Shown here: positions 18,631 to 30,665 of the stretch, one piece after another
How the letters are laid out: each line of letters begins with the position of its first letter
Position numbering within the stretch: position 1 is the stretch's first letter
Assembly: GCA_019058315.1 (NCBI GenBank)
Contig: JAHPZH010000002.1
Location: 288,001-352,000, forward strand
DNA: 64,000 nucleotides
Reading direction: 5' to 3'
Source of the DNA: Candidatus Helarchaeota archaeon
GTDB lineage: Archaea > Asgardarchaeota > Lokiarchaeia > Helarchaeales > RDOG01
Notes under the pieces: model-generated
Seen by the model: only the letters and a program-made list of their open reading frames with translations
Database searches by the model: none
Told to the model about the DNA's origin: nothing
Translations under genes and position numbers: made by a program

Positions 18631-19641
18631 TTGATCATTGCGCATAAAGATTTCGATGGATTCTGCGCAGCTGGAATTCTTATTTTAGCAGAATTAGATA
18701 AACTAAAAGATTTACACTATGCAACTGTTGGTTATATAAATAAATTTTTAAAAAAATTAGCAGTAAATGACAAACCAAAGGAAATATATTTAGTAGACAT
18801 TAATGCAGATAATAGTAATTTATATCTAAAAAGATTAACTGATTTAGCGGTTAAAGGATTCAAGATTAACCTAATAGATCACCATAGATTTCCATATGAT
18901 GCCCAATTGAAAGCAGCAGGGATAAATGTAATTCGAAACACAAATATTTGCTGCACTCAATTAGTTTATGAGAGGTATATTGAAAAAATAAATGAAAATA
19001 AAAAGCAGAAGGCAGATTTTCTCTTATGCCTTGGAGCTAATGATGATCGAATAATAACTCCCTTAGTCGAGAAAAGAATGACCAGAATGCGAACTGAAAC
19101 TTTATTTGATGTTTATGCATGTATCATGTCAGGATTACAAAATGGTAGAGAATTCCTTAGCAATCTATTCTATGAACGAGATAAAAATGGTGTCGGTTTT
19201 ACTAAAAAATTATTTGAAAATGCTACCAATCGGCGTTTTATTTTAGAAAAAATAAAAAAAGAGACATTAAATAAGCAAGAAGTTATAAAAAATGTTAGAA
19301 TAATTCATGCTTATACTAGTTATATAGGTATTGCGGCAAGTTATTTAATTGAGCAACCAAATACCGATTTTGCAATTGCGGTTGGGGATGGTCAAGCAAA
19401 TATTTCAATTCGCTTTAAAGATTTTATGAAAAATTTATTTCGACGAAATCTTCAAGCTTATACAAATATAAGAGTAAGTATTCGGTCTAGGAAGCCAATC
19501 AATGAAATAGTGTCCGGATTAGCTAAAAAATATAATGGTTATGGAGGAGGTCATGCGCTTGCTTGTGGTGCTACAATTCCTATAGAAAATATTAATGAAT
19601 TTTTATTGGATTTAACACAAAATTTTCTAAAATTAAGATAA
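18631..19641 (+). CDS. DHH/DHHA1 family phosphoesterase
   Basis: HKDFDG, LVD, IDHH, SIRS, GGGHALACG. Confidence 0.85.
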   Translation: MIIAHKDFDGFCAAGILILAELDKLKDLHYATVGYINKFLKKLAVNDKPKEIYLVDINADNSNLYLKRLTDLAVKGFKINLIDHHRFPYDAQLKAAGINVIRNTNICCTQLVYERYIEKINENKKQKADFLLCLGANDDRIITPLVEKRMTRMRTETLFDVYACIMSGLQNGREFLSNLFYERDKNGVGFTKKLFENATNRRFILEKIKKETLNKQEVIKNVRIIHAYTSYIGIAASYLIEQPNTDFAIAVGDGQANISIRFKDFMKNLFRRNLQAYTNIRVSIRSRKPINEIVSGLAKKYNGYGGGHALACGATIPIENINEFLLDLTQNFLKLR

Positions 19642-19723
19642 TTTTATGTAATAATTCTCCAAATAATGGATTACAGATGTTTAAAAATCGTTAGATATTT
19701 AGGGATCGATCTAACATGGAGGT

Positions 19724-20926
19724 ATGATTTTCACGACCCCCGATCAAGGACAAAGAATTTCACAGGGTGAACGAAAGGCTTTAAAGGATTTAGAAAAACT
19801 ATTTCTAGATGAAATTAGTTTAATTTCATTTGAAACTGAAAATGAGCATATCACGCGATTATGGATTTCGACAGAGGCAGATTTTGAACAAGAAATAACA
19901 ATAAATGAACTTCCAGAGTCGATAGGTAAGCTGAAGTGGCTTAAAGAATTGGAAGTAGTTGATAACGAATTGTGGGATCTCCCCGAGTCAATTGGTAATT
20001 TGGAATCACTCCAAGTATTAAAGTTAGATGATAACCCGATAACTAAATTCCCTGAATCGATTGGTAACCTCACTTCACTCCGAGAATTAAGTTTATATCA
20101 CGTCAGGGTATCGAAATTCATGAATTATCGATTAAACACACTTCCAGAGTCGTTTGGGAAACTGGGATTGCTTGAAAAGCTGGCTCTGTCAGATAATAAC
20201 TTAAACACACTCCCAGAGTCGTTTGGGAACCTGAAATCGCTCCGAAAACTAAATTTAAGTTATAACAAATTAAGGGCACTCCCAGATTCGTTTGGAAACC
20301 TAAAATCACTCCAAGAATTACAGTTGAGAGGGAACAAGTTAAGGACGCTCCCGGAGTCGATAGGTAACCTAGGGGTACTCCAGATATTAGATTTAAGTTA
20401 TAACAAATTAAGGATGCTCCCAGGATCGATTGGTAACCTAAACTCACTAAAAGAATTAAATTTAGAAGAGAACTTACTGAAGACGCTTCCTGATTCCTTA
20501 TTAAAACTGTTTAACCTAAAAAAAATAGCAACCATAGATAATCCATTGAGTAAAGATGCCCAAAGAATCCTGGAACACTTGATGTTTCACGCTTATGTTG
20601 ATGGTAATCAGACATTTTTCAATTATAAAGTAACTCTCCCAATACCCTTAATAGAACGCATTGACCAATATATCGCACACTACAAGGAAGAAAGATGCTC
20701 TTCCATCTCGGAATTAGCCAAGCAAGCGATTCAAGAAAAACTTAAAGAATCACGAGATATACCAGCTAGCTTTTCTCAAGAAGAAAACACTTTAATAGCA
20801 AAACTATCGACTTCTTTAACTGACAGCATTAAACAGTACATTGAAAACCATGAGGAAGAGGGATACTCCTACGTCCCAAGTTTTATTAAGCGAGCTATCC
20901 AAGAAAAACTTGAACGAACCGAATAA
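19724..20926 (+). CDS. Leucine-rich repeat protein with two C-terminal ribbon-helix-helix-like repeats
   Basis: About nine 23-aa LRRs (LPESIGNLxSLxxLxLxxNxL); duplicated C-terminal motif ending AIQEKL; GGAGGT SD upstream. Confidence 0.9.
   Translation: MIFTTPDQGQRISQGERKALKDLEKLFLDEISLISFETENEHITRLWISTEADFEQEITINELPESIGKLKWLKELEVVDNELWDLPESIGNLESLQVLKLDDNPITKFPESIGNLTSLRELSLYHVRVSKFMNYRLNTLPESFGKLGLLEKLALSDNNLNTLPESFGNLKSLRKLNLSYNKLRALPDSFGNLKSLQELQLRGNKLRTLPESIGNLGVLQILDLSYNKLRMLPGSIGNLNSLKELNLEENLLKTLPDSLLKLFNLKKIATIDNPLSKDAQRILEHLMFHAYVDGNQTFFNYKVTLPIPLIERIDQYIAHYKEERCSSISELAKQAIQEKLKESRDIPASFSQEENTLIAKLSTSLTDSIKQYIENHEEEGYSYVPSFIKRAIQEKLERTE
19905..20560 (+). repeat. 69-bp coding LRR tandem repeat
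   Basis: Recurring CTYCCNGARTCG..TGGNAAYCT every 69 bp (one unit longer). Confidence 0.85.
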
Positions 20927-20934
20927 TTTTCCAA

Positions 20935-21522
20935 TTATTTGGATAAATGTTCATAAACTATTTTAGGGAGTGGTTTATAAGTGATAGTTTTGGGATTTAA
21001 TTTTAATAATGAAATACTTTTTTGAAATTTCATGTAAATATCTTTAGTATTTTCACCCCAAAGTTCAATTTCGGCTGTATATCCTAGATTTTTTATTTTT
21101 TCCAAGGCAATTGTTAATTCAAATGGTTTTATAATCTTATATAAATATCCTTCTTCTTTTTCAATTAAAAACCACAATTCAAAATTCCAATCTTTTAGTA
21201 GTGTTTGAGCTTCTTGCAAAGTTCCTTCATAGAGAACTAATTTTCCTTCTGGAAAAAAGGATTGCTTAAATGAAATATCTTTGAATTTAATAATTTTCAT
21301 TCTTGTGAATAATAATTGGGATTTTTCTTCCCATTCTCTGATTCTCATTATCTTCTTTTCTAAATCCCAATCAATTCCTTTAGGTTTATAGCAATGGTCT
21401 TTAAAAGAGTAACTTTTAATGATTTTAGCATTGAATGAATTTAAAATTTTCTTAAATGGATTGACATCTTCAAATATTATTCTAATTTCGCTCTCAAATT
21501 TATCTTTAGTCATAAAAATCAT
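20935..21522 (-). CDS. CYTH-domain protein (CyaB/triphosphate tunnel family)
   Basis: ESEIR, DHCY, MRIRE, LGYTAEIE. Confidence 0.75.
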   Translation of the reverse strand: MIFMTKDKFESEIRIIFEDVNPFKKILNSFNAKIIKSYSFKDHCYKPKGIDWDLEKKIMRIREWEEKSQLLFTRMKIIKFKDISFKQSFFPEGKLVLYEGTLQEAQTLLKDWNFELWFLIEKEEGYLYKIIKPFELTIALEKIKNLGYTAEIELWGENTKDIYMKFQKSISLLKLNPKTITYKPLPKIVYEHLSK

Positions 21523-22520
21523 TATTGATTGTTATTATTAAGGTTCGAAAGTAGATTATTTAAAATCTTGATTATTTGTTCATTGGCTTCTTTTGCATTT
21601 TGAGTACCATTACAACCAGCTGCTGTAGAATGTCCTCCACCAACTCCATTTATAATTAAACCTATTTTTTCCATTATATTTTTTCCTAAATGAATTCTAG
21701 TTTGTTCGTAAAATTCAGTGGTACTCCTTGCACTTATTCTAACTTCATTTTTTTTCTCTGCGGTTACTATTACAACATCAGCACCTAAATTTAATAAAGC
21801 ACGACAAGCACTAGCTTCATACGAACTAACATGTGATGTCAATATTATCCAATCTTTGATTTCAAGTATTTCTAATCGCTGAGCTGCTTTGATTCGAGCA
21901 ATTTTTTCAGGTCTTTTCATGGGGATCTTTAACATAGATATTGCTCGAGAATAATCAGCCCCACTTTCTATTAATTTAGGAACAATTGAGAAGCTCTTTA
22001 AACTACCTAATATAAAATGTCTCGAATCATATAACATACCTAATAAAATAAGAAGTGCCTCTTCTGGGGTTAATTGAATATCTAATTGATCAAATTGATG
22101 AAAAATAATTTCTGTGGCAGAAACTGCACTATCATCGACAACAGATAATGGAGAAAAATCTTCAATATTAGGTGGAGGTGCGTGATGGTCTATTATTATA
22201 ATTGATTTTAAATCGAGTTTAATTTTTTCAGAAATGCTACCTATATGATTAAGATTATTGACATCAAATAAAATAACTAAATCGGGGGTATAATTTTGTA
22301 TTTTAGTTGATATTTCAATATTTAATTCGGTGGCAATTTGCTCAGATAGAGAGCTCAATCCCTCAGCGAAAAATTCAATTTCAAGATCGGAATTAATCCT
22401 ACTTAATATTAATTTTAATGCATATAAACCGCATAATGCATCTGGATCTGCGTTTGGGTGTGAGATTAATAAAATTGTTTTTATTTCTTGTGATTTAATA
22501 TGGGATATAAGCTGTTTCAT
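21522..22520 (-). CDS. DHH/DHHA1 phosphoesterase (NrnA/oligoribonuclease-like)
   Basis: HPNADPDA, IIDHH, GMLYDS, ISARS, GGGHSTAAG; stop overlaps the CYTH start. Confidence 0.9.
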   Translation of the reverse strand: MKQLISHIKSQEIKTILLISHPNADPDALCGLYALKLILSRINSDLEIEFFAEGLSSLSEQIATELNIEISTKIQNYTPDLVILFDVNNLNHIGSISEKIKLDLKSIIIIDHHAPPPNIEDFSPLSVVDDSAVSATEIIFHQFDQLDIQLTPEEALLILLGMLYDSRHFILGSLKSFSIVPKLIESGADYSRAISMLKIPMKRPEKIARIKAAQRLEILEIKDWIILTSHVSSYEASACRALLNLGADVVIVTAEKKNEVRISARSTTEFYEQTRIHLGKNIMEKIGLIINGVGGGHSTAAGCNGTQNAKEANEQIIKILNNLLSNLNNNNQ

Positions 22521-22552
22521 AATTAACTGCCCCTAAAAATAAGGAGAATCAA

Positions 22553-22678
22553 TGGTGCAGGGAGGGGGATTCGAACCCTCGAACTCCTTCGAGACTGGAT
22601 AACTTATTTTTTGATCTTGAGTCCAGCGCCTTTAGTCTTCCTTGACTAAAGCTAGTTGACCAGCTTGGCTATCCCTGC
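22553..22678 (-). tRNA. tRNA-Leu(CAA) with two introns (D-loop 22632-22655, 24 nt; canonical 37/38 22601-22615, 15 nt) and encoded CCA
   Basis: Spliced 87-nt sequence GCAGGGATAGCCAAGCTGGTCAAAGGCGCTGGACTCAAGATCCAGTCTCGAAGGAGTTCGAGGGTTCGAATCCCCCTCCCTGCACCA folds as a class II cloverleaf; both junctions fit bulge-helix-bulge geometry. Confidence 0.92.
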
Positions 22679-22860
22679 GACTTTATTCTTTAATTATTAA
22701 CGTAATCTTTGTTTCACTAGCTTGATTATTATTCTTTTATATTCCATTTTTTTAAATATTTTTATTTCTTATAGAATATAATAAGAGAAATAATATAAAA
22801 ATAACTGATTGAAACAATAAAATAAGTTGTTTTGTTTGAAAATATAAAATTTTGAGGTTA

Positions 22861-23973
22861 TTAAAGCCCTAATTCTTTTAATTTTTTCAAAGCCTCTTTT
22901 TGATCTTTATTAATATTGCCAGGAATGACGATATAGACCTGTACGAACTGATCTCCCCTCGCGTTCTCCTCAATATAGTCATTCCCTATTGTTATACTAA
23001 TTTTAGGCATACCTTTTCCTTTTATTTTAAAAATTTTACCATATTCTGTTCCTTTTGGTATTTTTAATTTAGTTTCTCCATCCAAAGTAGGGACGGTAAT
23101 TTCATCTCCTAAAACCATTTGAGAATATGTTAATGGCATTTTTATAGCTATATTATAACCATCTCTGATGAAAAGATCATGTTCTTTCACATATACTATG
23201 ATATAGAGATGTCCTGGATTTGCACCCCTAAGACCGGCATTTCCCTCTCCAGTCATCTTCAATTTTAAGCCAGTATATGCACCCTTAGGGATGTTCACCG
23301 TAATATGTTTAATTTTTTCAACTAGTCCTGTTCCTTTACAAGTCTTACATGGATCTTTTACAACCTCACCAGATCCATGACATTTATTACATGTAACAAT
23401 ATTAACCATTTGACCAAAAGCAATTTTTCTTACAATTCTTTTTTGACCTGTTCCATTACACTCAGGACAATTTATTGTTTTAGTACCAGCTTTTGAACCA
23501 GAACCTCCACAAACTGTACAAGCTTCCTTTCTTGGAATCTCAAGTTTCTTTTTTGTTCCAGAAAATGCTTCATCAAGTGTTATTTCTAAATCATATCTTA
23601 TACTTTCTCCTCGTTGAGGCTCTGGACGAGAAGGTCTTGCGTAATTTCTACGTCTTCCAAATACATCCCCGAATCCAAAATCACCAAATATATCTCCAAA
23701 TCCACCAAAACCCCTCCCAAATATCTCACTAATTATATCTCCAAATCCTCCAAGACCACCCCGATCGTAACGTCTCCGCTTTTGTTCATCTCCAAGAATT
23801 TCATAAGCTAAATTAATTTCCTTAAACTTTTCTTCTGCATCTTTACTTTTATTTATATCTGGATGGTATTTCCGAGCTAATTGTCTGTATGCTTTTTTTA
23901 TTTCATCTTGTGTTGCATTTTCATCAACACCTAATATTTTATACAAATCTTTTCCATAAATATCGCTTGACAT
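22861..23973 (-). CDS. dnaJ: Chaperone DnaJ
   Basis: J domain with HPD, G/F region, four CxxCxGxG repeats. Confidence 0.97.
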   Translation of the reverse strand: MSSDIYGKDLYKILGVDENATQDEIKKAYRQLARKYHPDINKSKDAEEKFKEINLAYEILGDEQKRRRYDRGGLGGFGDIISEIFGRGFGGFGDIFGDFGFGDVFGRRRNYARPSRPEPQRGESIRYDLEITLDEAFSGTKKKLEIPRKEACTVCGGSGSKAGTKTINCPECNGTGQKRIVRKIAFGQMVNIVTCNKCHGSGEVVKDPCKTCKGTGLVEKIKHITVNIPKGAYTGLKLKMTGEGNAGLRGANPGHLYIIVYVKEHDLFIRDGYNIAIKMPLTYSQMVLGDEITVPTLDGETKLKIPKGTEYGKIFKIKGKGMPKISITIGNDYIEENARGDQFVQVYIVIPGNINKDQKEALKKLKELGL

Positions 23974-24011
23974 AAATAAATTACCATTTTATTTATTAAA
24001 AAAAGAGTAGA

Positions 24012-25916
24012 TTATTTTTTTTCTTCATCTTCGTCTTCGATAACATAATCTGCATCAACAACGTTTGCTTCGTCTTCTGTTTTTTCAGTCTTTGGAGGTG
24101 TCTGCTGACCGGGTTGTGGACCCGTTTGTTGGTAAGCCTGTTGTGCTGCTTGTTGTTGTGACGCAGCTTGATATATTATTGTTGACATTTCATGCAATGA
24201 CTTTTCCAATTCATCCATTTTAGATTTCATTTTTTTAGAATCATCTGTTTTGAGAGCTTCCTTTAATTCTTCAATTCCTTTTTCAATTTTTTTCTGGAGA
24301 TCTTCTGGAATTTTATCTTTATTTTCTTTCAAAAGTTTCTCGGTGTTATAAGCCATGGAATCAGCTTGATTTTTAATCTCTATTTTTTCTTTTATTTTTT
24401 GATCTTGATCTGCAAATTTTTCGGCTTCTTGTACTTTCTTCTTAATTTCCTCTTCAGATAATTTTGTAGTGGCTGTAATTGTTATTTGTTGGCTTTTTCC
24501 AGTTCCTAAATCTTTTGCAGAGACGTTTAAAATACCATTGGCGTCAATATCAAAAGTCACTTCAATTTGTGGTATTCCTCTTGGGGCAGGAGGAATCCCA
24601 ATAAGATGAAATTTACCTAATGATAAATTATCGGCTGCCATTTTACGCTCTCCTTGTAAAACATTGATTTCGACAGCAGGTTGATTATCAGCAGCGGTAG
24701 AAAATATTTGACTCTTTTTAGTTGGAATTGTTGTATTTCGCTCTATTAAGGGTGTAGATACTCCACCTAGCGTCTCAACTCCTAAAGTTAATGGAGTAAC
24801 GTCTAATAGTAATAATTCCTTTGTTTCTCCTTCCATCACAGCTGCTTGAATAGCAGCTCCCATCGCAACACACTCCATTGGATCTATTCCTCTTTCGGGC
24901 TCTCTACCAAAAATCTCTTTAAATTTTTCCCTCACACAAGGCATACGTGTAGGTCCACCAACAAGAATTATTTTATCTATTTGTGATGGTCCCATTTGTG
25001 CATCTTCTAATGCACGTCTAATTGGTTGGTCTAACCTTCTCAGAACAGGATCAATAATTTCTTCCAATTTTGCTCTAGTTAAATTTAAACTTAAATGTTT
25101 TGGACCAGCACTATCAGCTGTTATGTAGGGTAAGTTTATATTGGTTTGCATTGTAGTAGATAATTCAATTTTTGCTTTTTCTGCAGCTTCCCTAACTCTC
25201 ATCATAGCCATAGAATCTCCTCTTAAGTCTAATCCTTGTTCTTTTTGAAATTCTGCAACTATCCAATCAACGAGCAATTTGTCCATATCCGTTCCGCCTA
25301 ATGCAGTATCACCACTTGTAGCTTCTACTTTAAATACACCGTCTCCCATATCCATTATTGTGACATCAAATGTACCTCCACCAAAATCTAGAACACAAAT
25401 TTTCAATTCTTGTTTCTCTTTATCAATACCAAAAGCTAAACATGCAGCTGTAGGTTCATTAATTAATCGTTTTACTTCTAACCCTGCAATTCTTCCAGCA
25501 TCTTTAGTTGCTTGTCTTTGATTATCGTTAAAAAATGCAGGAACGGTAATAATAGCTTCTTCAACTTCCGCATCAAGAAATGCTTCAGCATCTCGTTTTA
25601 TTTTTTGTAAAATCATTGCTGAAATGTCTTGAGGTGTAAACTCTTTATCGTCAATTTTTATTTTATAATCTGTTCCCATTTTCCTCTTGATTGCAGTTAT
25701 AGTTCTATCAGGATTTGAAACCATTTGTCTTCTCGCAGGTTCTCCAATTAAGCGGCTTCCATCTTTTAAAAATGCAACGACAGATGGAAACATCTTTCCT
25801 CCTAGACTTGTTCCTTCAGCACTAGGTATAATTGTAGAACGACCTCCTATAAATGCTGCTGCAGCTGAATTGCTTGTACCCAAATCAATACCTATGACTT
25901 TTTTCTTTTTTGGCAT
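24012..25916 (-). CDS. dnaK: Chaperone DnaK (Hsp70)
   Basis: [31 protein letters not shown]; start set at ATG 25916, just after the grpE stop. Confidence 0.97.
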   Translation of the reverse strand: MPKKKKVIGIDLGTSNSAAAAFIGGRSTIIPSAEGTSLGGKMFPSVVAFLKDGSRLIGEPARRQMVSNPDRTITAIKRKMGTDYKIKIDDKEFTPQDISAMILQKIKRDAEAFLDAEVEEAIITVPAFFNDNQRQATKDAGRIAGLEVKRLINEPTAACLAFGIDKEKQELKICVLDFGGGTFDVTIMDMGDGVFKVEATSGDTALGGTDMDKLLVDWIVAEFQKEQGLDLRGDSMAMMRVREAAEKAKIELSTTMQTNINLPYITADSAGPKHLSLNLTRAKLEEIIDPVLRRLDQPIRRALEDAQMGPSQIDKIILVGGPTRMPCVREKFKEIFGREPERGIDPMECVAMGAAIQAAVMEGETKELLLLDVTPLTLGVETLGGVSTPLIERNTTIPTKKSQIFSTAADNQPAVEINVLQGERKMAADNLSLGKFHLIGIPPAPRGIPQIEVTFDIDANGILNVSAKDLGTGKSQQITITATTKLSEEEIKKKVQEAEKFADQDQKIKEKIEIKNQADSMAYNTEKLLKENKDKIPEDLQKKIEKGIEELKEALKTDDSKKMKSKMDELEKSLHEMSTIIYQAASQQQAAQQAYQQTGPQPGQQTPPKTEKTEDEANVVDADYVIEDEDEEKK

Positions 25917-25920
25917 TTTA

Positions 25921-26526
25921 TCACTTCCTTTCTTTATTTTTGGCAATTTTAACTAATGCCGGACGTAAAACTTTATCTTTAAAATAATAACCTTTTTTAA
26001 TTTCTTCCAAAACAGTATCTTCTGGACATTCATCTGTAATTTCATTTAATAAACATTCATGGATAAAAGGATCAAAAGATTCACCTACACTTTTGATAGG
26101 TTTTACTCCTTCCTTTTGTAACATTTCAATAAATTTATTATAAATAATCTCAATACCTTCAATTTTTTTCCCTTCCCCAAATTGTTTTTTTAGAGCATTT
26201 AAAGCTATTTCATATTCATCAATTATATCTAATATTTTTAATAATATTCCCTTTTCAGCATAATTTAAATATTCTATCTTTTGTTTATCTAAAATCTTTT
26301 TATAATTATCAAAATCAGCTTGTGCACGTTTTAATTTATTTAAATTTTCATCTGCTAATTCTTTGTATTTTTTGATTTCTTCTTTTAATTTTAAATATTC
26401 AGATTCTGAAATTTCTATAATTTTATCTTCTTTATTATTTTCTTCAACCTCTAAATCAACAAAATCCTGATCATTTGTTGAATCAGAGTTATTTCCACTA
26501 GATTTCGAATCTTTTTCTTTATCCAT
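25921..26526 (-). CDS. grpE: Nucleotide exchange factor GrpE
   Basis: [21 protein letters not shown]...VLRPALV. Confidence 0.95.
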   Translation of the reverse strand: MDKEKDSKSSGNNSDSTNDQDFVDLEVEENNKEDKIIEISESEYLKLKEEIKKYKELADENLNKLKRAQADFDNYKKILDKQKIEYLNYAEKGILLKILDIIDEYEIALNALKKQFGEGKKIEGIEIIYNKFIEMLQKEGVKPIKSVGESFDPFIHECLLNEITDECPEDTVLEEIKKGYYFKDKVLRPALVKIAKNKERK

Positions 26527-26553
26527 ATTACTCCTCCACTATATTGAAAAGAA

Positions 26554-27120
26554 TCATTCAATATTGATTGTTGTTTCATCGGCTTTACCGATTTTCTTTT
26601 TTAGAAGTCGAATCTCTAATAAGCCATTATTATAATTAGCTTTAGATTCACTTGGAATGATTATTTCGGGTAATGAAATTGTTTTTTTAAATTTTGTTCC
26701 TGCTTTTATAGTAATTTCGGTCTCAGTGGATTTTAATTTTATATCTTCTTTTTGTACACCAGGAGTTTCTGCAATAATTACAATCTCATTGTCTTGATTT
26801 AAAATGTCAATAATGGGTTCTCTATTCTCCTCAACAGTTTCTTCTTTTTCTTGTTTTTTTGGAGAATGACCAAATTTTCTAATAACAGGTTTACCATCCG
26901 GTCCGATATGGACTGACCATCCCATAATTAATGGTCGAAAAATTTCATCACCAGAAGGAGTTTTAAATTTTGGAAAATTTTTTTCATCAAGTATTTCATC
27001 AAAAATACTATGATCTGAAACAACATCCTCCATCATATCTCTAATTTGGTCAAATATATCATCAAATGACCTTTTACGTTTTTTTTTCTTCTTATATTTA
27101 TCTTCCTCATCATCAAACAT
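26554..27120 (-). CDS. Archaeal small heat shock protein (Hsp20)
   Basis: GWSVHIGPDGKP, REPIIDI, AETPGV, ANYNNGLLEI alpha-crystallin domain. Confidence 0.93.
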   Translation of the reverse strand: MFDDEEDKYKKKKKRKRSFDDIFDQIRDMMEDVVSDHSIFDEILDEKNFPKFKTPSGDEIFRPLIMGWSVHIGPDGKPVIRKFGHSPKKQEKEETVEENREPIIDILNQDNEIVIIAETPGVQKEDIKLKSTETEITIKAGTKFKKTISLPEIIIPSESKANYNNGLLEIRLLKKKIGKADETTINIE

Positions 27121-27220
27121 TAAAAAAACTCCCTATAATTTTTCAGAGAGTTATAAACTAAATTTTAAATAAGCTCTTATTTATATACTAAAAAAAAAGA
27201 TAAAAAGTTGTGGGATTGTA

Positions 27221-28864
27221 TTAATCCTCGTCGCCGCCACCTGGCATACCACCTGGAGGCATACCGGGAGGTCCGCCTGCAGATTTGGATGATGCAATTA
27301 CGTCATCAATCCTAAGAATCAATTGGGCGCTTTCTGAAGCGGATTTAATAGCTTGTTTCTTGACCACAACGCCTTCATATACGTTCTTCTCTGCCATATT
27401 TCCGACTTTTCCTTCGAGAACATCTACACCGAAATTAATTTTTCCTTCCTTATGCGCAGCTCTCAGTTCAACCAAAATGTCCATAGTTTCTAAACCACCA
27501 TTTTCAGCTAATGTTATAGGAATTATCTCCATTGCATCAGCAAAGGTTTTGATGGCCATTTGGACACGTCCTGAGAATTTATTAGCGTAGTCTTGAAGTT
27601 GCTTTGCGACCTCAATTTCTGAGGCACCACCTCCAACAACAACTTTGGGTTCTTGGACTGCATTTCTCACAACACATAACGCATCATGTAGGGCACGGTC
27701 CGCCTCATCTACTATCATTTTAGTTCCTCCTCTAATAAGGATACTGATCGCATGAGGATTTGTACATTTTTCAACAAATATCATTTCGTCATTTCCGATT
27801 TTTCGTTGTTCAACAAGACCAGCTTTACCGAGATCACCTTCAGTTAAATCATCAATATTTGTTATTACTGATCCACCTGTAGCTTTAGCTAATTTTTCCA
27901 TATCACTTTTCTTAATTCTTCGAGCAGCTGTAATACCAGCCTTCGATAAGAAATGTTGGACCATGTCATCTATGCCTTTTTGACATAGGACAACGTTTGC
28001 TCCACTTGCTTTTATCTTGTCTACCATCTTTCTTAGCATTTGCTCCTCTTGATTTAAGAAAGCTTGCATCTGTGTTACTTCTGTTATATTAATTTTTGCA
28101 TCGAATTCCGTTTTTTCAATTTCTAATGCAGTTTCTAAAAGTGCAACTTTAGCATCGCTTACTGTCTTTGACATACCCGGATGAACTACTTCTTTATCTA
28201 GAATAAGACCGCTAATTATTTTAGAGTCGTCTATGCTGCCTCCTTCCTTCTTTTGGATACTAATATTATCTAGATCTGCAATTAATTTATCATCACGTTT
28301 TTCTACAATAGCTTTAATTCCTTTTACAGCAATATCAGACATAAGATCACTAGATGTCCCAATGACTTTGCTTATCATTGATGTATTTGCAATATTTTTT
28401 AGCATTGCTTCATCGTCGACACTAATTGGAATTGCGATATTATCTAATATTTCAATTGCCTTCTCTGAAGCTAGCCTATATCCTTCAATTATAATTGCTG
28501 GATGAATTTTTTGTTCTAATAAATTTTCAGCACTCTTCAAAAATTCTCCTGCTAAAATTACAGCTGTTGTAGTACCGTCTCCTACTTCATCGTCTTGTGT
28601 TTTTGCAATCTCTACCATCATTTTTGCTGCTGGTTGTTGTACGTCAATTTCTTTTAATATTGTCGCACCATCATTTGTGATAGTTACATCACCAAAAGAA
28701 TCAACAAGCATTTTGTCAAGACCTTTTGGACCAAGAGAAGTTCTAACATTTTCTGCTATAACTTTTGCAGCCATAATATTCGTATTTTGAGCATCACTAC
28801 CTCTAGTTCGTTCTGCTCCTTCTTTTAGAATCAAAACTGGGGTTCCACTTAATTGTGCACACAT
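27221..28864 (-). CDS. Thermosome (group II chaperonin) subunit
   Basis: [28 protein letters not shown]. Confidence 0.97.
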   Translation of the reverse strand: MCAQLSGTPVLILKEGAERTRGSDAQNTNIMAAKVIAENVRTSLGPKGLDKMLVDSFGDVTITNDGATILKEIDVQQPAAKMMVEIAKTQDDEVGDGTTTAVILAGEFLKSAENLLEQKIHPAIIIEGYRLASEKAIEILDNIAIPISVDDEAMLKNIANTSMISKVIGTSSDLMSDIAVKGIKAIVEKRDDKLIADLDNISIQKKEGGSIDDSKIISGLILDKEVVHPGMSKTVSDAKVALLETALEIEKTEFDAKINITEVTQMQAFLNQEEQMLRKMVDKIKASGANVVLCQKGIDDMVQHFLSKAGITAARRIKKSDMEKLAKATGGSVITNIDDLTEGDLGKAGLVEQRKIGNDEMIFVEKCTNPHAISILIRGGTKMIVDEADRALHDALCVVRNAVQEPKVVVGGGASEIEVAKQLQDYANKFSGRVQMAIKTFADAMEIIPITLAENGGLETMDILVELRAAHKEGKINFGVDVLEGKVGNMAEKNVYEGVVVKKQAIKSASESAQLILRIDDVIASSKSAGGPPGMPPGGMPGGGDED

Positions 28865-28880
28865 ATCATTTCACCTCTTA

Positions 28881-30542
28881 TTACATCATTCCTGGTGGCA
28901 TACCCATACCACCCATGCCACCCATACCTGGAGGCATTCCACCTGGAGGCATTGGGGGTCCTGCGGATGCTTTTGCAGCAATAACATCATCAATTCTTAA
29001 AATCATATTTACTGCTTCCACTGCTGATTTAATTGCTTGTAACTTTACTACCATAGGTTCTAATACTCCTGCCTGAAACATGTCTTCAACTTTTCCCGAA
29101 ATTACGTTAATTCCATAATTCTTCCCATCTGATTCATGTTTAGCTCGTAATTCTGCTAAAATATCGATAGGATCTAACCCTGCATTTTCAGCTAGAGTTT
29201 TTGGGACAATCTCCAGTGTCTCAGCTAGAGAATCGATAGCAAATTGTTCTCTACCACCAATTGATTTTGCATATCCTTTCAATTGTTTTGCGAGCTCAAC
29301 TTCAATTGCACCACCGCCAGCAACGACATAATTGTCTTTGATTATATCAGCTGCCACACAAAGAGCATCATGCATGGATCTATCCGCCTCATCTACAACG
29401 TGTTCAACGCCGCCACGAATTAAGATACTAACTGATTTTAAATCTTTAGTACCAGTTACAAAGATCATTTTATCATCACCAATTTTTTTCTCTTCGATTA
29501 ATCCAGCAGTTCCAAGATCTGTAGGAGTTAGGTCATCAAGGTTCATTATTACTTTAGCACCAGTGCTTCTGGAAATTTTTTCCATGTCAGATTTCTTCAC
29601 TCTTCGAACTGCGGCTACACCAGCCTTGGAAAGGAAGTGCTGAGCCACATCATCAATTCCCTTTTGGCATGCAATAAAATTAGCACCCGAATTCTTTACT
29701 TTATCTACCATACTACGTAATAATTTTTCCTCTTCATCAAGAAATGCTTGAACTTGCGTTGGATCACTAATTCTAATTTCAGAATCAAATTCTGTCTTTT
29801 TAATTTCTAATGCAACATTAAGTAGTGCAACTTTTGCATCATGGACTTGTTTTGGCATACCTGCATGAACAATTTCCTTGTCAATTATAATACCATCAAT
29901 TAATTCGGTATCTAATAAGCTTTTACCTTTCTTTTTGATGATTTGAATTTGTTCAATATCTACGTAAGGCTTGCCCTCACGAGTTTCCCTAACTTTTTTA
30001 GTAGCACTAACTGCAATTTCTGCAAATGTACCTCTTACACCAGAGACGTTTTTGGAGTTCATACTTGTAATAGTAGCTTTAGTAATTTCTGAGCCTTCAA
30101 TATCAACTTGAGTTGCAATATTTTTTAGAATTTCACGAGCTTTATCAGCCCCTTTCTTCAATCCTGAAACTAAAGTTGTGGGATGAATTTTTTGATTAAT
30201 TAATTTTTCCGCTCTTTTAAGTAATTCTCCAGCAAGAACTACTGCCGTTGTGGTTCCATCTCCAACTTCATCATCTTGTGTTTTAGCTACTTCGACAAGC
30301 ATTTTTGCAGCTGGATGTTGTACGTCTATTTCATCAAGTATTGTAGCACCGTCGTTTGTAATCGTAACATCGCCAAGGCTGTCCACAAGCATTTTATCCA
30401 TACCTCTAGGTCCAAGAGTCGTTCGCACAGTCTCAGCAATTATTTTGGATGCCGTAATATTATTTTTTAAGGCATCCTTGCCTTTTCTTTGCTCAGTTCC
30501 TTCTTTTAGGATAAGAACTGGCGCTCCACTTAAATAAGCCAT
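28881..30542 (-). CDS. Thermosome (group II chaperonin) subunit, second paralogue
   Basis: [18 protein letters not shown]-rich tail. Confidence 0.97.
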   Translation of the reverse strand: MAYLSGAPVLILKEGTEQRKGKDALKNNITASKIIAETVRTTLGPRGMDKMLVDSLGDVTITNDGATILDEIDVQHPAAKMLVEVAKTQDDEVGDGTTTAVVLAGELLKRAEKLINQKIHPTTLVSGLKKGADKAREILKNIATQVDIEGSEITKATITSMNSKNVSGVRGTFAEIAVSATKKVRETREGKPYVDIEQIQIIKKKGKSLLDTELIDGIIIDKEIVHAGMPKQVHDAKVALLNVALEIKKTEFDSEIRISDPTQVQAFLDEEEKLLRSMVDKVKNSGANFIACQKGIDDVAQHFLSKAGVAAVRRVKKSDMEKISRSTGAKVIMNLDDLTPTDLGTAGLIEEKKIGDDKMIFVTGTKDLKSVSILIRGGVEHVVDEADRSMHDALCVAADIIKDNYVVAGGGAIEVELAKQLKGYAKSIGGREQFAIDSLAETLEIVPKTLAENAGLDPIDILAELRAKHESDGKNYGINVISGKVEDMFQAGVLEPMVVKLQAIKSAVEAVNMILRIDDVIAAKASAGPPMPPGGMPPGMGGMGGMGMPPGMM

Positions 30543-30665
30543 ATATTTTCACCTTTGATTTTTGTTTATTATTAAAAATATATCAGATTTTTGTTTTATA
30601 CTAGAATTTTATGGGTTTTATCCCTAATTCTTGATAAATCTAGTTTTTGTCGTATTTTGAAAATC

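Noticed and set aside
19905-20560. LRR repeats or the 52179/53105 duplication as a diversity-generating retroelement TR/VR pair
   Set aside because: No reverse transcriptase in the window; differences are not adenine-specific and are mostly at third codon positions
22553-22678. tRNA as the attachment site of an integrated element
   Set aside because: I saw no duplicated tRNA 3' end, integrase or phage/plasmid genes in the window
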